Source of the DNA: Basidiobolus meristosporus CBS 931.73
Taxonomy: Eukaryota > Fungi > Basidiobolomycota
Assembly: GCA_002104905.1 (NCBI GenBank)
Contig: MCFE01000421.1
Location: forward strand, 1 to 64,000
Direction of reading: 5' to 3'
DNA length: 64,000 bases
Shown here: positions 26,038 to 38,872 of the stretch, in pieces
How the letters are laid out: every line of letters starts with the position of its first letter
Numbering within the stretch: position 1 is the first letter of the stretch
Translations under genes and position numbers: made by a program
The notes under the pieces: model-generated
Seen by the model: the letters and a program-made list of their open reading frames with translations, nothing else
What the model was told of the DNA's origin: nothing
Databases searched by the model: none

Positions 26038-26329
26038 ACCCCCGCCACCCAGGACCTGACGGGGCACGTTTCTCCTTTTTCAAGGGCTTGAAATGTCCAG
26101 CTTTCCACAACCAAAATGATGTATAGAAATACAAATCATCCTCTCCAATCTCACTCCAGAAATAAAGCCATACCCATCGCTATATCCAGCCTAGCACATC
26201 CATATCTGCGCCCACGCCCACGCCCACGCCCACACACTTCCCCTGCCCATATAGCCAATAAGGAAGCCCTCGGTCGGTGTAAGCTTATTTGGAGGGCTCG
26301 CTGAGTGGCCATGAGGAATCAGGCTACAC

Positions 26330-26600
26330 AAATCCAGCGGACATCAATGTGTCAGTCACGCTCAGCTGTCTCAATGGCCAGCGCCATTCGGTCATCTCAG
26401 TACTTGGGTTCGTACGATCCCATGCTGTCTGAGACCGGTGATGGCTCAAGTCATCTCCATGGCAAGAGGGCTGAGCCAACATCATCCGTTGGTGACATAC
26501 CCTCTGTCTGCTGAATCACTGCAGCACCAGTTCGTGCAGGTTGGCTGACTCATGAGCATAATGGTGAGAGTGAGAATAAGTTATACCTGATGGCTCACCC
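26330..26600 (-). pseudogene. Possible very old copia RNase H relic
   Basis: Frameshifted TNWCCSDSADRGYV, AITGLRQ and DDRMALAI..HIDVRW weakly resemble DADW..GY, WLR and DNQAAIA..HIDVRY. Confidence 0.25.
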
Positions 26601-27471
26601 AGCATTCATGAGTACACGCATGCACCTCCGGGTTGATTGCTGGGGGAAGCCTAGGAGCCTGGGCGCCGGTTGAACGAGGATCCCTCCATTCCAGATGCGC
26701 CGGCTGTGGCACCGGCTCGAAGCCTGACATATCAATGGGGCGATGGAGCTAGGATAATCGTGTGCTCATGAATTAGGCTTATGCCTTGTCTAGTACAGTC
26801 TCATCCGACACGTACCCGGTGGTATAACAGGATGCCCAACCCGTATCCCGATGAAACTCACAGTAACGATCTCTGAAGTGCACCACTCTCCCGGACTGAT
26901 TCCTGGTCACATTACTATATTCATGGGGGTGGTTTCACCCGAGCAGCTAATTTGGCGACTTCAATTGATTAGATTTTAATTAGTATTGCTTCATGCCGCT
27001 GGGGGCGGATGTGGATGTAATGATGGCTAGACCAAAGCAGAGTGTTGACTGACATGAACCTGGATGACACTGTTGAGCAGATGAGGATTAAGGAGCAAAC
27101 TGAGGAGGATCGGAAGAATGGCGGGATGCTGGCGGATGGGTATATCAAGATTCAAATTATGATGGAAGGCTGAAGCGGAAATTCAAAATGAGCCTGGTCG
27201 AGGGGATTGAAAACAATGTCCGGGGGAGTGAGGTTCAGAAGATATAGTCTGTTACGAAATTCATTATGCAGTGTACGCACTGAATGGGATAAAGCCTTAT
27301 TCAAGGAGCGGTTGGTGGTCCTCATGATTATATCATACATCAGCACACTCGGATGCATTCACCTTCCGGTCAAAGAGTCCTGCGCAGTCAGTTGCGCAGT
27401 TCTCCATAAAACCAGCACTGGGGGAAAGCCTCTTGAGAGGTATACAGAAACCAATTATCATGTCTGATATG

Positions 27472-28935
27472 CTAAAGCCAGTAGGGCACTATAAACGCAG
27501 GGAGTCGGTGGATCGCATTTTGCCTGCCGGGCATCTTTCTCCATGTGATCTTGACACCGGTGGACTCCAGCAGACCCTTGGCTTGGTGCTCAGTGATGTT
27601 CCGGCAAAAGCTCAACGATACCTTCTGAAGGTTCGGCAGCCTACTCAGAGTTACCAGGCTGGCGGGGGTGATATGTGAGCCAGATATTTCCAGGTTTTCG
27701 ATATTAGCACAGTCTTGCAGCAGCGCCATAATCATCCGGTCGGCCTGTAGTGGGCACTTTAAGACCGCGCACCCAAGGGAAAGGGACTTTAGCTTGGAGG
27801 TGGATATCACCATTGAAGTGACATCCACATAATTGTAGAATAGGCCTCCAATGTCGAGATGTGTGATGCTAGGACAGTAATAGGAGATGAGTTTAAACAA
27901 CTCCTCGGTGTGTCCGATCTTAGTATGAGCTACGTTCAGTTTTCTTAGCGATGCTCTGGAAGAGCGGATGACGGTTTGAATAAAGTCCATTCCAACATTC
28001 GTTTCGCTAACATCCAGGCATTGGATGGGGATGAGTGCGAGGGATGCGAGAACTTGATCGTTTAGGCACGAGCAGCGGGTGATCTTGACGGATCGTAGAT
28101 TGGGAAAGCTATCAAGCTTGGCAAGGGCCGAAACAGAGGAGAGGTCGCAGTTCCGAAGTTTGAAGGACTCCAGGCTATGGCTGTGGTGCTTGACGAGGGA
28201 GTTCATGAGGCCCTCGAGCTGGACGTCATGGATGCAATCGAGGACAAGCTTGCGCAGGGTATTTCGCCGAATTTGTGAGGTGATATTATCAAGATTCACG
28301 TGTGTGAAGGAGCTCTTTAATGAGCGAATCTTGATAACTTCTAGGTGATGGCAAGTTCTCGCAATTGCTTCGAAAACTTTATTATCAATAGGGTCGCATC
28401 GGGAATGTTCAATTACTAGGTGAGTCAGTTGAGTTAACTTAATATGCGGGCCAAAAACAAGCTCGAGAGGAATCGTTTCGGCACATCTCAAACGTTCCAA
28501 GTTGCTCGAATATCCCTGCGCCAGAGCACACCATAGCTGTTGCATAGCTACCTCCACTACCGACACTCCATGCTCCTGGCTCTCAAAACTCTGCTGGTTA
28601 ATGGACCACAGTGCCTGTTGAACCCATTTGAGATCTATCCTCTTTACTAGAGATAGATAATTGACCAAGGTGGATGGTCCTGAGGTGGAAGATGCTCGAA
28701 ATGTATCAAGCTCTAAACAGGAGAACAGCGTATTCATAAGTAAACGAGCACGCTTCTGTTGTAGAGAATTAGTAGCAACGTTAGGAAAAGAAGACCAAGG
28801 AGATTGGTAAAGATAGTATGCGACCAACTGGGACCACTGCCGGTTTACCCGGATACAGTGGTACATTGTGGACATATCATTTCTTGACCACTTCAGGATC
28901 TTTGAAAAGCATTCAGGCGGAAGTGCTGCAAACAT
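27472..28935 (-). CDS. F-box/leucine-rich repeat (RNI-like) protein, 487 aa, intronless
   Basis: N-terminal LPPECFSKIL..CIRVNRQWSQL F-box, followed by LRRs (LESFKLRNC, LRSVKITRC, LRKLNVAHT, LQKVSLSFC). Confidence 0.88.
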   Translation of the reverse strand: MFAALPPECFSKILKWSRNDMSTMYHCIRVNRQWSQLVAYYLYQSPWSSFPNVATNSLQQKRARLLMNTLFSCLELDTFRASSTSGPSTLVNYLSLVKRIDLKWVQQALWSINQQSFESQEHGVSVVEVAMQQLWCALAQGYSSNLERLRCAETIPLELVFGPHIKLTQLTHLVIEHSRCDPIDNKVFEAIARTCHHLEVIKIRSLKSSFTHVNLDNITSQIRRNTLRKLVLDCIHDVQLEGLMNSLVKHHSHSLESFKLRNCDLSSVSALAKLDSFPNLRSVKITRCSCLNDQVLASLALIPIQCLDVSETNVGMDFIQTVIRSSRASLRKLNVAHTKIGHTEELFKLISYYCPSITHLDIGGLFYNYVDVTSMVISTSKLKSLSLGCAVLKCPLQADRMIMALLQDCANIENLEISGSHITPASLVTLSRLPNLQKVSLSFCRNITEHQAKGLLESTGVKITWRKMPGRQNAIHRLPAFIVPYWL

Positions 28936-29949
28936 AAGGAGATTCTAGACGAGTAAGCATTCACTGGCAAATGGTGGTAAGTGGATGGTGATTGATCTGC
29001 GATAGAGCACCACGAATGGGAGAGGGGAGAAGAGGGTTGGAAAGAGGAATGATCAAAGTTGAGTGGATATGATATAAGGTGAGCGAAGGTGAGTGAGTCT
29101 TCGCCGGTGCCTGAGTGAAACAGAGTGAGTCGACAACGTCAACGTAGAAACAATCAAGAAGGGATGTTAAGGAGGAGAAGTAAAATACAAATTCTAGATG
29201 GGAAAAATCAGGAAGTAAGGAGCAAGTCATTGAAGAGAGGGCAGCAGATATAGGAATTAGAAACCTGTTGGCGGCTGTTACACTCCGCGCAACTATAGAT
29301 CAAATAGGATTCATCAGGACGGGTAAATAATGAAACTGAGCTTAATTGATAGCTTCTGAATAATGCCCATATATGATAATGGTTGAATGGTAACAATGAA
29401 GATAAAAATAGATATCCTGCAGCTGAGGAGAGATGCGCACCATCACGAAGCTAATAGATTTAATATAGATATAATGCGGCCTGGCCAATGAGGGCGAGGA
29501 GCGGACACCACTCATATAAGATCAGTTGGTATGGGTTTTGTTTTTATTTTGCCCAGTTCAATTATAGTGATGGCGATAGAATGGCATCACTTGATATATG
29601 TGGCAGCGCTGACTGGCTGCCAGCCGCGACAGAGGTAAATCATAGGCCAGCAGCACAAATGAAACATCCATTGTACAGAGTAGCGGTGAAACACTCGCTG
29701 TCTGAAACAAACGTCTGGAAAAGTCAGTAAATCGACGGCCAGTCATTGGCATTCCTTGAGCCCGGAATAACGTGACAATCGCCCTAGCTACCAGCGTCGA
29801 TTCGCCAGACACCACATGGAGCCCAGGAGTCCGATGGCATCATTGGGATCGAATGAAACCTTGCTAGATGAAATCGCATGTATTCAGACTCCACTCGAGG
29901 GGCTCAGGGAATGATGTTGCCGCCTCGGAGGCAACGCTACGCTCATCCA

Positions 29950-30514
29950 CGGCCAGCAACCCACGCAAATTAATGGATATTGCGCGTAACCTTGATGTTT
30001 CGGAATGTGGTACATGGCAGGAGGGCGAGTGAAAATTTGCATCGATTAGTTGTCAAGCGTGGGCAGCGAGATCCCCCCAATCCAGCGCCAACCTCAGGTT
30101 TGGCGGGTCCCGATTTTCCCCATCCGATTGTGCGTTGATAAGAGGTTGATGCCACGCAGTGCTGATCCAAACTGGCAAGACGAGCCTGCTCAGGGGCATA
30201 TAGCGGATGGCTGCAGAATTCATTTATTGTGTAAGGCAATTGAGGGTCAGGCCGCTTGGGTGTGTCCTAGGGAGCGCTTGGTGTCCCAACCCTCTTGTTT
30301 CCTGCTCTATGAACACCTCGCATACATCGCCGCTGGCGACATCCAAGACCAGAAATTCTCCTGGATAATGATCACTGATCTTATCGTGGTGGTGTACGAT
30401 GATCTGGAGATACAGAGATTAGCCCTAGCGATGCACCACCGTGCATACAATGCACCGCAGCGCAGGCCAGCTACAGGGCAGACACTCTACGAAGAGCATT
30501 TGGGCCTTGCCTAG
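29950..30514 (+). pseudogene. Possible ancient Ty3/gypsy RNase H relic
   Basis: PPIQRQP..PIRLCVD..WQDEPAQGHIADG..YEHLAYIAAG..QKFSWIMITD parallels APILRQP..PFILYTD..SQEDENGQEHVIAY..EHFRHYLLG..KFTIITD. Judged by eye only. Confidence 0.35.
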
Positions 30515-31789
30515 AATTGGGGATTGTGCTGATGAACAAATAGACTCACCACCAGATCGGTAGACCCGATGATAAGCTTCAGGCGGGGCGACATCTAGAG
30601 GCCCTACATCTACATCTCCAGAAAGATGATCTTTGCCCTGAGCTTACGGGCCCTTCAAATGCGCACTTCCCTGCTGCTGGATGCGGCTGATGGTTATCGG
30701 GCCAAGAATGCACCTCAGCCCTTCTGCTGCTCCTGTTACAACATGCGTCACCATTCGATGGATCTCTTGCACGATGATTCTCAGCAATCGAAATGAGAAC
30801 GGTGTCCATTTGCGGCCGGATGTTTCACCTGGTGCGATCTGCTCGGATTCCATATCTGGATGATTTTAGAAGTCGAATCTTGCTAAACGCAACCCAGCCA
30901 TTGTTTACGCAATATCTTTATTGGCCTTACTAAATAAGGAGCATGGAGACGGGCGGTACCACCTAGTTTCTTCAGGTGCCTTGCCATTATCGAAGATCTC
31001 TGGCTGGGAGAGTGGCTATGAATGACCCCGCTCATGTCGCCAGCAATCGACAGCTGTTGCTAGCAAGTCGCTCCAGTGTTTCTAGAACGGCAGCGTAGGG
31101 AATTCTCCGGCACGCCTATCTACTGATCAGTCCATTGGATCGATATCTGATTGCTACGGTCAAGCCAACATGCATCCACCATCTTGATTCAAGCACTACA
31201 CGTACACTGCCGAGTCCATTAATCTCAACAGGATTTCGAATATACTCCGAGCTCTAGAGCACCTCTTGCTTGACCACCATCTCCTGGCTAGGCTTAGGAT
31301 GAGTGAATGGCATTTGGACTATTCTGTGCCACAGCAGTCCAGGTTCAGTATTTGGAAATGAACAGCACATCGCACAAAATTGAAGTGGTTTCAGTTGTAA
31401 CGTGTTATCCCAGGAACGAATTAAGCAGTATGCATGAAACCTGTTTGAACGAGCGGCCATTGGTGTGATAAATATACATATATTTACGAAGGCCTTGGAT
31501 TTGTGAATCAAGAGCATGAATGCCGTCGCGCAGAGATTGTCAATTAATGAAGCAAAGGGCAAACCGGATTGGGCTACCGGTTTGGTAAATCTGTGATCGT
31601 AATCCTAGGTCTGGTGCTTTATTTGACTCGACTAAATTTACCGCACCATGGTTCTATCTATAGAACGCCAGTACGCCATGTGAATCTCTGACTACAAATA
31701 AATGTTCCAACTTCGCGATTTGGTAATAATGAGAATTTCGGCCGCATCCACTTCTCGAATATATCAAGAGATCCGTGTTACCGTGGTGT

Positions 31790-32230
31790 ACTTGGAGCCA
31801 TCTAACCATCCAGTATGCCAAACATGCGCATGCTAGTGCATTGCTAAGCATTGGCAAGCTGGACATGTACGAAGCTTCACAGTATGCAACGTATTTACCT
31901 CTGAGGTCAATGAGAGACCAAGGTGGGCACACTCAATCTATCCATCAAATGTACTTGTCTCTTCGCCCATTTATGGCTTATCGGCGCCAGCAAATGTCCC
32001 ATTTTGTACATGCTCGAGCAAAAAGATGAAAAGGGACATGTAAATAAGACAGTAATCAGGGTCGTGGTAATCTGGCAATCGCTTGGTTTTACATCGCCTC
32101 TTTAATTTGATGGTCGAAGAGTCGCTCGAACAAAAAAGGTAGATGATGTTATTGTGGTTATCATGGACATGAAGTTGTGGGCAGATTCTGATTCTCCATG
32201 ATTGACACATGAATATGTTTAGCATTGGAT
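31790..32230 (+). pseudogene. Possible second ancient gypsy connection/RNase H relic
   Basis: IQYAKHAHA..LRPF and GASKCPILYMLEQKDEKGH resemble NYAKIAAP..PF and DAS..IGAVLEQ.DE.G. Frameshifted. Confidence 0.3.
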
Positions 32231-34039
32231 CATCTAAGACTAATTGAGAATGGCGTCTATCCTATATTGGTTGTGGAGGAATGTTTACCGTGTGTGCCAC
32301 TGGTTGAGATGTAGGGAGAGTGCTGGGGAGCCATCTATTTAACTTTTGTATTCGTATGGTCGATGATGCCCTCGGTCAGATATAGCCGAGCTCGCCTTCC
32401 GAAATTCCTTAATCCTGACGCGTTATGAAACATGGAAAGCGAGCTTCTTTTTGAAAGCACGGTTCCTCAAGTGACCTTTGCCGCCTACTACTGTCTTGTA
32501 AAGCTCAAGATTGTACTTCATATCTCAGCATGGATTAATGATGATCCCAAGTTTGCTAATGGATATTCCGAGACGAATCACTGAATCAGGCATTTACGTC
32601 ATCAGTATTGATGAGGAGCCGAGCAAGAGGATATCTAATGTTCTAATGCGAGATCAAACAGTCTGTGATCGGTATCGATTGCTGTTGCAACCTTGACAAA
32701 CTCTCCTCTAGCAGGTTCAAGCTATGAGTGTGAGAGAGGGTCATACAATGCCAGCTCATGGGTTTCGAGCTTCGGCGCAAAACGTATCTGTGTAATGAGT
32801 TCGTATCTCCTAATGATGTTGATAGTTTGCTTGGTTGCTCTTCACATGAAAAATGCTGTGAGGAATTTTGTTGTAAATATCTCGTATGTTTTTGTTATAA
32901 CTGATTGGCTTCTTTCTTTTTCTGGGACATTTTGAAAGAATTTTAGTGATACTAAGACAGTTGGGTTTTCTTGGAGATGCTGATATGAGGAAATATGATT
33001 TTCACCTGCAAATGCTGAAGGGTGTACCTACTCTTGTGATAGTACATTGTGAATCCAATATGGGTGTGCGCTGTTGTGACTGTGAGAAGTTTAGTCAAGT
33101 ACAAGGCCTTTAATGCTATAAATATTTAGCTTACATCTATATCATTCATAAGCCTTAGGATTCTAATTAGCTTATTGACAACTTTTGAGTTATTACCTCG
33201 GATTTAGTTCATAAGATATTTGCCAATTCTCAGAATTAATGAAGGCCTTTATCAAGATCTTCAAACTTGTCCAAACGTCCCTAAGCTTTGACACCAACAT
33301 GCCAAATACCTATTTGCCCCTAACCCCAAATGTACTCAATACGCCAACAAGTGAATATCATGCAATGCTTCTTGTTCAACAAGCCGCTTATAATACTCCC
33401 TAGAATCTTGTAATGCTGCAAAGGTCTGATTACTTGGGGTTACAACTCCTTAACAGCTACAGATTCCTCTGAAAATCCCAATAGTCTGTACAAGTATCAA
33501 ATACATGTAGGGACTTCAGATGTAATACTAATTATTTGAAATGTAGTGGCCATGTCCAATAGTGATTGCTTTACATCCCTGTTAGACCTATAGCATGCAG
33601 TGCTAGTGAGAATTATATGCTGGTGAATTTGAGGATCCAATGCCCTGATGTTGAGCTACTTACCAGCTATTTATTCATCTGTTAATATAATATCGTATTT
33701 TGCTGATTGCTTAGTTAAGCGTACTTCTTACCGCTAGTCAAACTCACTGACCAGTGTGGGGCATGCGAAGCATTAAGCTATTGCGGGTATATGCTTACCA
33801 AGGCCGCGGAAATATCTCAAGGATTCTGGAGATATTGAAGTTACTAGCAGTGTTGGTTGGCTAAGCAATTATCACTAATATACTTACTGTATGTATAGAT
33901 AGTCATATGATTTACAAGTCAGCTTATTGACATTCTCATATGGCTATGACACAAAGCATGTAAAGCATGCTCAGAGTGAACTCATGGATCTTGCTATTTC
34001 TTGCCCTAATTCTAGTTGGGATCTACTGATAAGAAAGAT

Positions 34040-34536
34040 CTCAAACTTGTACTTGATCAAATTCTCAGCTGGTATTCTGCTGGTATTCAGATGATATTTT
34101 TCCTTCAATTTTTCAGAAATCAGGTACCAATGATATGAGAAATCTCACATTGTTCAGAGAGCCCCTAAACTTGCACACATGCTCTCGGTGTTGTAAAAAT
34201 TCGTAATTCCACCTAAATATTCACTTAACTTAGTCACTTGGATCATTACCCACAAATCTTAGAGAATACTGACCAAATTCCTTGTTGGGATTTACTTCGA
34301 ATACTTTCACCAAAACATCAGGTACCCAGAACATGAAAATTGGATAAGTTGTCCAAGCAGCCCCAAACTTTGAACACATGTTCTTGGGACCTTCTTCAAC
34401 CTATTCTACGTGTTTTTTACTCCAAGACCATGTGAAAGTATAAATACTACTTTTACATTCAATAAATCATTAAGTGAAACCACATAATCTACTTGCTTTC
34501 CCAATCACTTCCAATATCTCTAAGACTCTCACAATA
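34040..34536 (+). repeat. Copia solo LTR (34189-34536) abutting an older, diverged LTR relic (~34040-34188)
   Basis: tgttgtaaaaattcg..ctctcacaata. Upstream caggtacc..cccctaaacttgcacacatg matches the middle of the LTR. No TSD (ctcgg versus gtgca). Confidence 0.9.
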
Positions 34537-35605
34537 GTGCATAGACTTGGCCAATGTAGATATGAAGCTTACAATGGCAAGCACATCAACAAGCTATATG
34601 TGAACATACTTTGACAAGCATTGAGGTGTCTGGTTTTTAGTTCAAATATCCAGAAATATTTTTCATCCATACACAACCCCCAGTAAGCATTAGGGCTTCG
34701 TCCTAGTAGTAATAGGCTCTTAGAATATATATATATGCATATATATTAATTCACCATGAGATGGTCGATTATTACTTCCAGTAAACACAATTTCAGGTTC
34801 TGTTTGCTGTGTGAAGATGCGGCAATACCTAATATTCCTATATCCTATTTGGTCGGGTGGGTCAGAAATATCCGAGCACCATCATGTTACACCTGACCTC
34901 ATGTAATTTGAGAAATACCAGTTCACGTATTGAGGCATTCAACCAGGATAAGAAGTTCGTAAGCCAGGTTCAGAGTTTTCGCTTCCTGGCTCACAAGGCC
35001 ATTTGCTACAAGTAAATCTATGGACACCATCAGTGCCTCAACACTTCAAAACTACCTAGCAATGCATAGGTCTCATTGATAGTGTCATGTAAAAACCAGT
35101 TCGGAATCGGAGTTTTAACTCCATGTTCTGAGGCCGAGTGCCTTCCAGCTCTAAGCATTACTGATTCTAAGCTTCCTATGGACGAAGCCAGCCCAGAACT
35201 TCGCCCTTCTTAGCTTTCAGGCTGTCGGGCGTACGAAAGATGCTGACATTGACGATTCTCCGGTGTCAGAATTATCAAATGAAGAAATTCTGCGCTGGCG
35301 AATTCAATCCATATGTTCCCGACACAGCAGGCGAGAAATACCAATCAGCGAACCTTACCAATGAATTAGGAAATCGCTTTAGCCGCACCTGTGGTTGATA
35401 ACACCTGAACTGGTCCTGGAAATTCCGATGTCCTCTAGCACCCTAATGGTTGTATAGTGCGAATGACGGGAGAGTTCCGCTTACATGGGGTTTCTTCTGA
35501 TCATGAATGATCCGCTGCGCGATGTGATTTGTTCTTGAGGTGCACACAGACCGGAAATCCTATTTAATGGATGTATCGGCCCTCTAATCTCCCTAGAGAA
35601 CTGCA

Positions 35606-36736
35606 ATGTTCACCGATAAGCGTCAGTGGAGAAGTCTGGACACTGGGTTTAAGATTCCGTATCATGCGATCGTTGACGATGCTCAGCTGGAGCATCTCTC
35701 GGCCATTTCCTCCACTTCCAGTAGCTCCTCGAGCTCTTCCTTCGGCACATCCATACCACAAAGGTTCATTTTCAACGCAACCAAGACATCCCAACCGAAA
35801 AAACCTCGACAAAACCGCTTGAGTGAGCTGCCCCTTTTCGCTGCGCTAAGGAAGCGCAAGGCTCAACAATCCTTGAAAACGCTCTACGGCCCACTATCCA
35901 TCGTCTCCTCCACCAGCTCTGGAAGCATGGTTTACAAAAGCTGCTCGCCACAGAATGGGCAGCTCCACGCGATCAAGGTGTTCCGCTTTCGTTATACTTA
36001 CGAGACTCACCGGGAGTATTGCCTCAACATCAGCAATGAAATCTACATTGCCACCTCACTGAAGCACGAGAATATCATTCGAATGGTGGATGTTTTGGAG
36101 GAAAATGGGCGGCTGTATCAAGTCATGGAGTACTGCCCCTACGACCTATTCACGGTATTTGAAAAGCTGAGCCCCACAGACAGCCAAGTCAAACAGTATT
36201 TCGTGGAGCTGGTGCATGGCGTTGCATATCTTCACCATCGGGGAGTGGCTCACCGTGATCTCAAGTTGGAGAATCTATGTATTGACCAACAGGGACACTT
36301 GAAGATCATAGACTTTGAGTTCGCCACCCTCTTCCGGAGCTCGTCCAACTCGAAGGAAACTCATGTCACGGGTGTCTTCGGCTCCAATACTTACATTGCC
36401 CCGGAGGTTTGGGCACGGGACTCGTACGACCCTTCTAAGGATGATGTGTGGGCTGTGGGCATCCTCTTTGTAGGTATGATAACCCGTAAGTTTCCTTGGC
36501 AAAGGGCCATTCCCGATGACCCGAGTTTTCGCCTCTTCTTGGAATCCTGGGAGTCTATACGGCTATTCGATTATTGTCCTCCAGAGTCCATCCCACTGCT
36601 GAAACGCCTACTGGAAGTTGAGCCGGACCACAGAGCAACGATCCAAGATATACTATGCGACCCATGGTTTCAGTCGTTGGAGGCGGAGGTACAGAGTCAA
36701 GCCTCTGGCTGTTCACCAGTTCAACCGTGCCTGTAA
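35606..36736 (+). CDS. Ser/Thr protein kinase, NPR1/HAL5/HRK1-like, intronless, with atypical G-loop and DFE motif
   Basis: AIKVF, HENII, HRDLKLEN, GSNTYIAPE, DVWAVG and FPW motifs present. DFG is replaced by DFE (GAC TTT GAG). Confidence 0.9.
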   Translation: MFTDKRQWRSLDTGFKIPYHAIVDDAQLEHLSAISSTSSSSSSSSFGTSIPQRFIFNATKTSQPKKPRQNRLSELPLFAALRKRKAQQSLKTLYGPLSIVSSTSSGSMVYKSCSPQNGQLHAIKVFRFRYTYETHREYCLNISNEIYIATSLKHENIIRMVDVLEENGRLYQVMEYCPYDLFTVFEKLSPTDSQVKQYFVELVHGVAYLHHRGVAHRDLKLENLCIDQQGHLKIIDFEFATLFRSSSNSKETHVTGVFGSNTYIAPEVWARDSYDPSKDDVWAVGILFVGMITRKFPWQRAIPDDPSFRLFLESWESIRLFDYCPPESIPLLKRLLEVEPDHRATIQDILCDPWFQSLEAEVQSQASGCSPVQPCL

Positions 36737-38185
36737 TTACCTAGTTAATTTTGCTTCTCCACCATCTCTGTTGTCTATAACAAAACCCAGCCCCATGACT
36801 GGATTGCGGTGGGTGTCACCCTGGAAAGGGATATCCCCATCTAGCTTCAAAATACCTGGGGCGCATCCTGTTCATCTGATCCGTATCTATAATCGCTCCA
36901 TCCAGCATGCTCTTCTGGAAAAGGTGCCTTAGTCTCTGTACATAACGCTCACACCCCATCACACCCCATCACCAATTCCGTTCAGCAGCTACCGATTTCT
37001 AATGAAATAAATGGCTCCAGTGAACCGATACAACGGTTGGTCCTTTCGCACTATCAAAAGCTTCAATCTCCCCTGGTCGTCTGGCCTCCGTTGTGGATCC
37101 CAATCCTGAATCGTGTAACATTACATGTGATATATGTGCAGTGCTTTTGCCAGCGCTTTTACCAAAGCTTGCTTTGTCACATGCGGCTATCATTGATCCT
37201 GCGATAAACACATGATACCACTGTTTCCTTGTATGGCAAAGTCATTGGGACTGGTATGCATCTTGATGTCTACGTTGCGGTTCAAGGATTTTCCCGTCTA
37301 TCTGAACAGGTGTCATGATAGTGGGAATTAAATGGCGACTTTGTTCATGAATGAGGATGCCGCGATAAGCAATTTCTACCGGTTACACAGGTTATGTTTC
37401 TACCGGTGTCTTGTGCTAAGCTAAATCCAGGGCAATTCACTTTACCATATTAATATATGGGCGACAATAATTAGTGATTCGATTACCATACTTGGCTTAG
37501 TGCTACCAAGGCCTAGTACAGTCCAGTTTGTTATCTAAAGGCGGGTCTGAGAGGTCCAGAAATGCGATTGGTGAGCCACTGGTATGTCGCATGATAGATA
37601 AGCGCTTCGCTACAAAAGTACGTATACATGTATGTATATGTAAATCATTGTGCCATCAATGAACTAGTATTATAGATATGGAAATGGCAGAACGAGCAGG
37701 CCGGGCGAACCAAGTAGGGAGGGAAGGTTTGGGATGCTTGGAGAATGTGAGTTTTCACTGTGGGGTAACTAGGCATTTGACCATGTTTATAAAAATTTGC
37801 AAAGCAGACCAAAGGAGTCTAATAGAAAGCCATGGAAAATAGGCACTATTCAGTTTTCGGTATTTCCCCCATTTCGAGCAGTTGGAAATATATATAAAGT
37901 CATTACGAATACAAGATTAGCAAACTTTAAGCTGAATATGGGTAGAGATTGAACGTACAAACGAATTTAATCTATGGCAAGCGCAATATTCACTCATATA
38001 CCCCAACAGAATTTTCTGACAGATACTATCCAAACACCACATGTAAATCAGTAAAACTTTCGATGTTGAAAAAAAATTACAATTAGAGGCCATATTAAAA
38101 TGAGGTTTTCATACACCAGATTGGCCCACCTCTGCCCCTCATCTTAGGCAATAAGCTACACCTCAAAATTTTTGAGTGCAGTACT

Positions 38186-38872
38186 GTTGTGATGCCGTGC
38201 AAATATGGCTGAAGTACCTGCCAGAACAGAAATTGATCTAAGCATGAAATGTGCATGCCGCATTCTCATAAGAGCCTTGGATTTACTAGAGTTGGAAAAG
38301 GTACTACCGGTGGTGTGCAAAGTTTGAAGTATTTTGGATGGCTTTGCAAAATATTGTATACTGAGTACCTGACATTCTAGTTTAAATGTTCCAAGAAAAT
38401 CCTGATAGAAAATTTGGTCAAGCATTACTTCAAGCTGTGAAGTTAATGTCAGTCTTTTTGGTGAGTGTCTTGGAGATATTGCAAGTATTAGGGAGAACAA
38501 ATCAATTAGGCAGTTATCACTTGATGTTCATTGAATATAGTGTTGTAAAAATTTGGAATTCCACCTAAATATTCACCTAACTTGGTCACTTAGATCATTA
38601 CCTTCAAATCCTAGAGAATACTGACCAAATTCCCTGTCGGGATTTACTTAGAATATTTACCCAGAACATGAAAATTAGATAAGTTGTCCAGACAGCCCCA
38701 AACTTTGCACACATGTTCTTGGGACCTTCCTTAACCTATTCTACGTGTTTGTAATGCCAAGACCATGTAAAAGTATAAATACTACTTTTACATTCAATAA
38801 ATCATTAAGTGAAAACCACATAATCTACTTGTTCTCCCAATCACTTCCAATATCTCCAAGACTCTTACAACA
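38186..38872. repeat. LTR pile-up: two old minus-strand LTR relics (~38186-38440, ~38455-38540) and a young plus-strand solo LTR (38541-38872) with a ~16-bp internal deletion
   Basis: Direct comparison with the family LTR. Flanks tatag and gttac do not form a TSD. Confidence 0.85.

Noticed and set aside
25255-26067. 270-aa minus-strand ORF overlapping COX11
   Set aside because: Antisense shadow caused by high GC3 in COX11.
26208-26235. (CGCCCA)n microsatellite, and similar short repeats at ~22830, ~34725 and ~36950
   Set aside because: Ordinary simple repeats.
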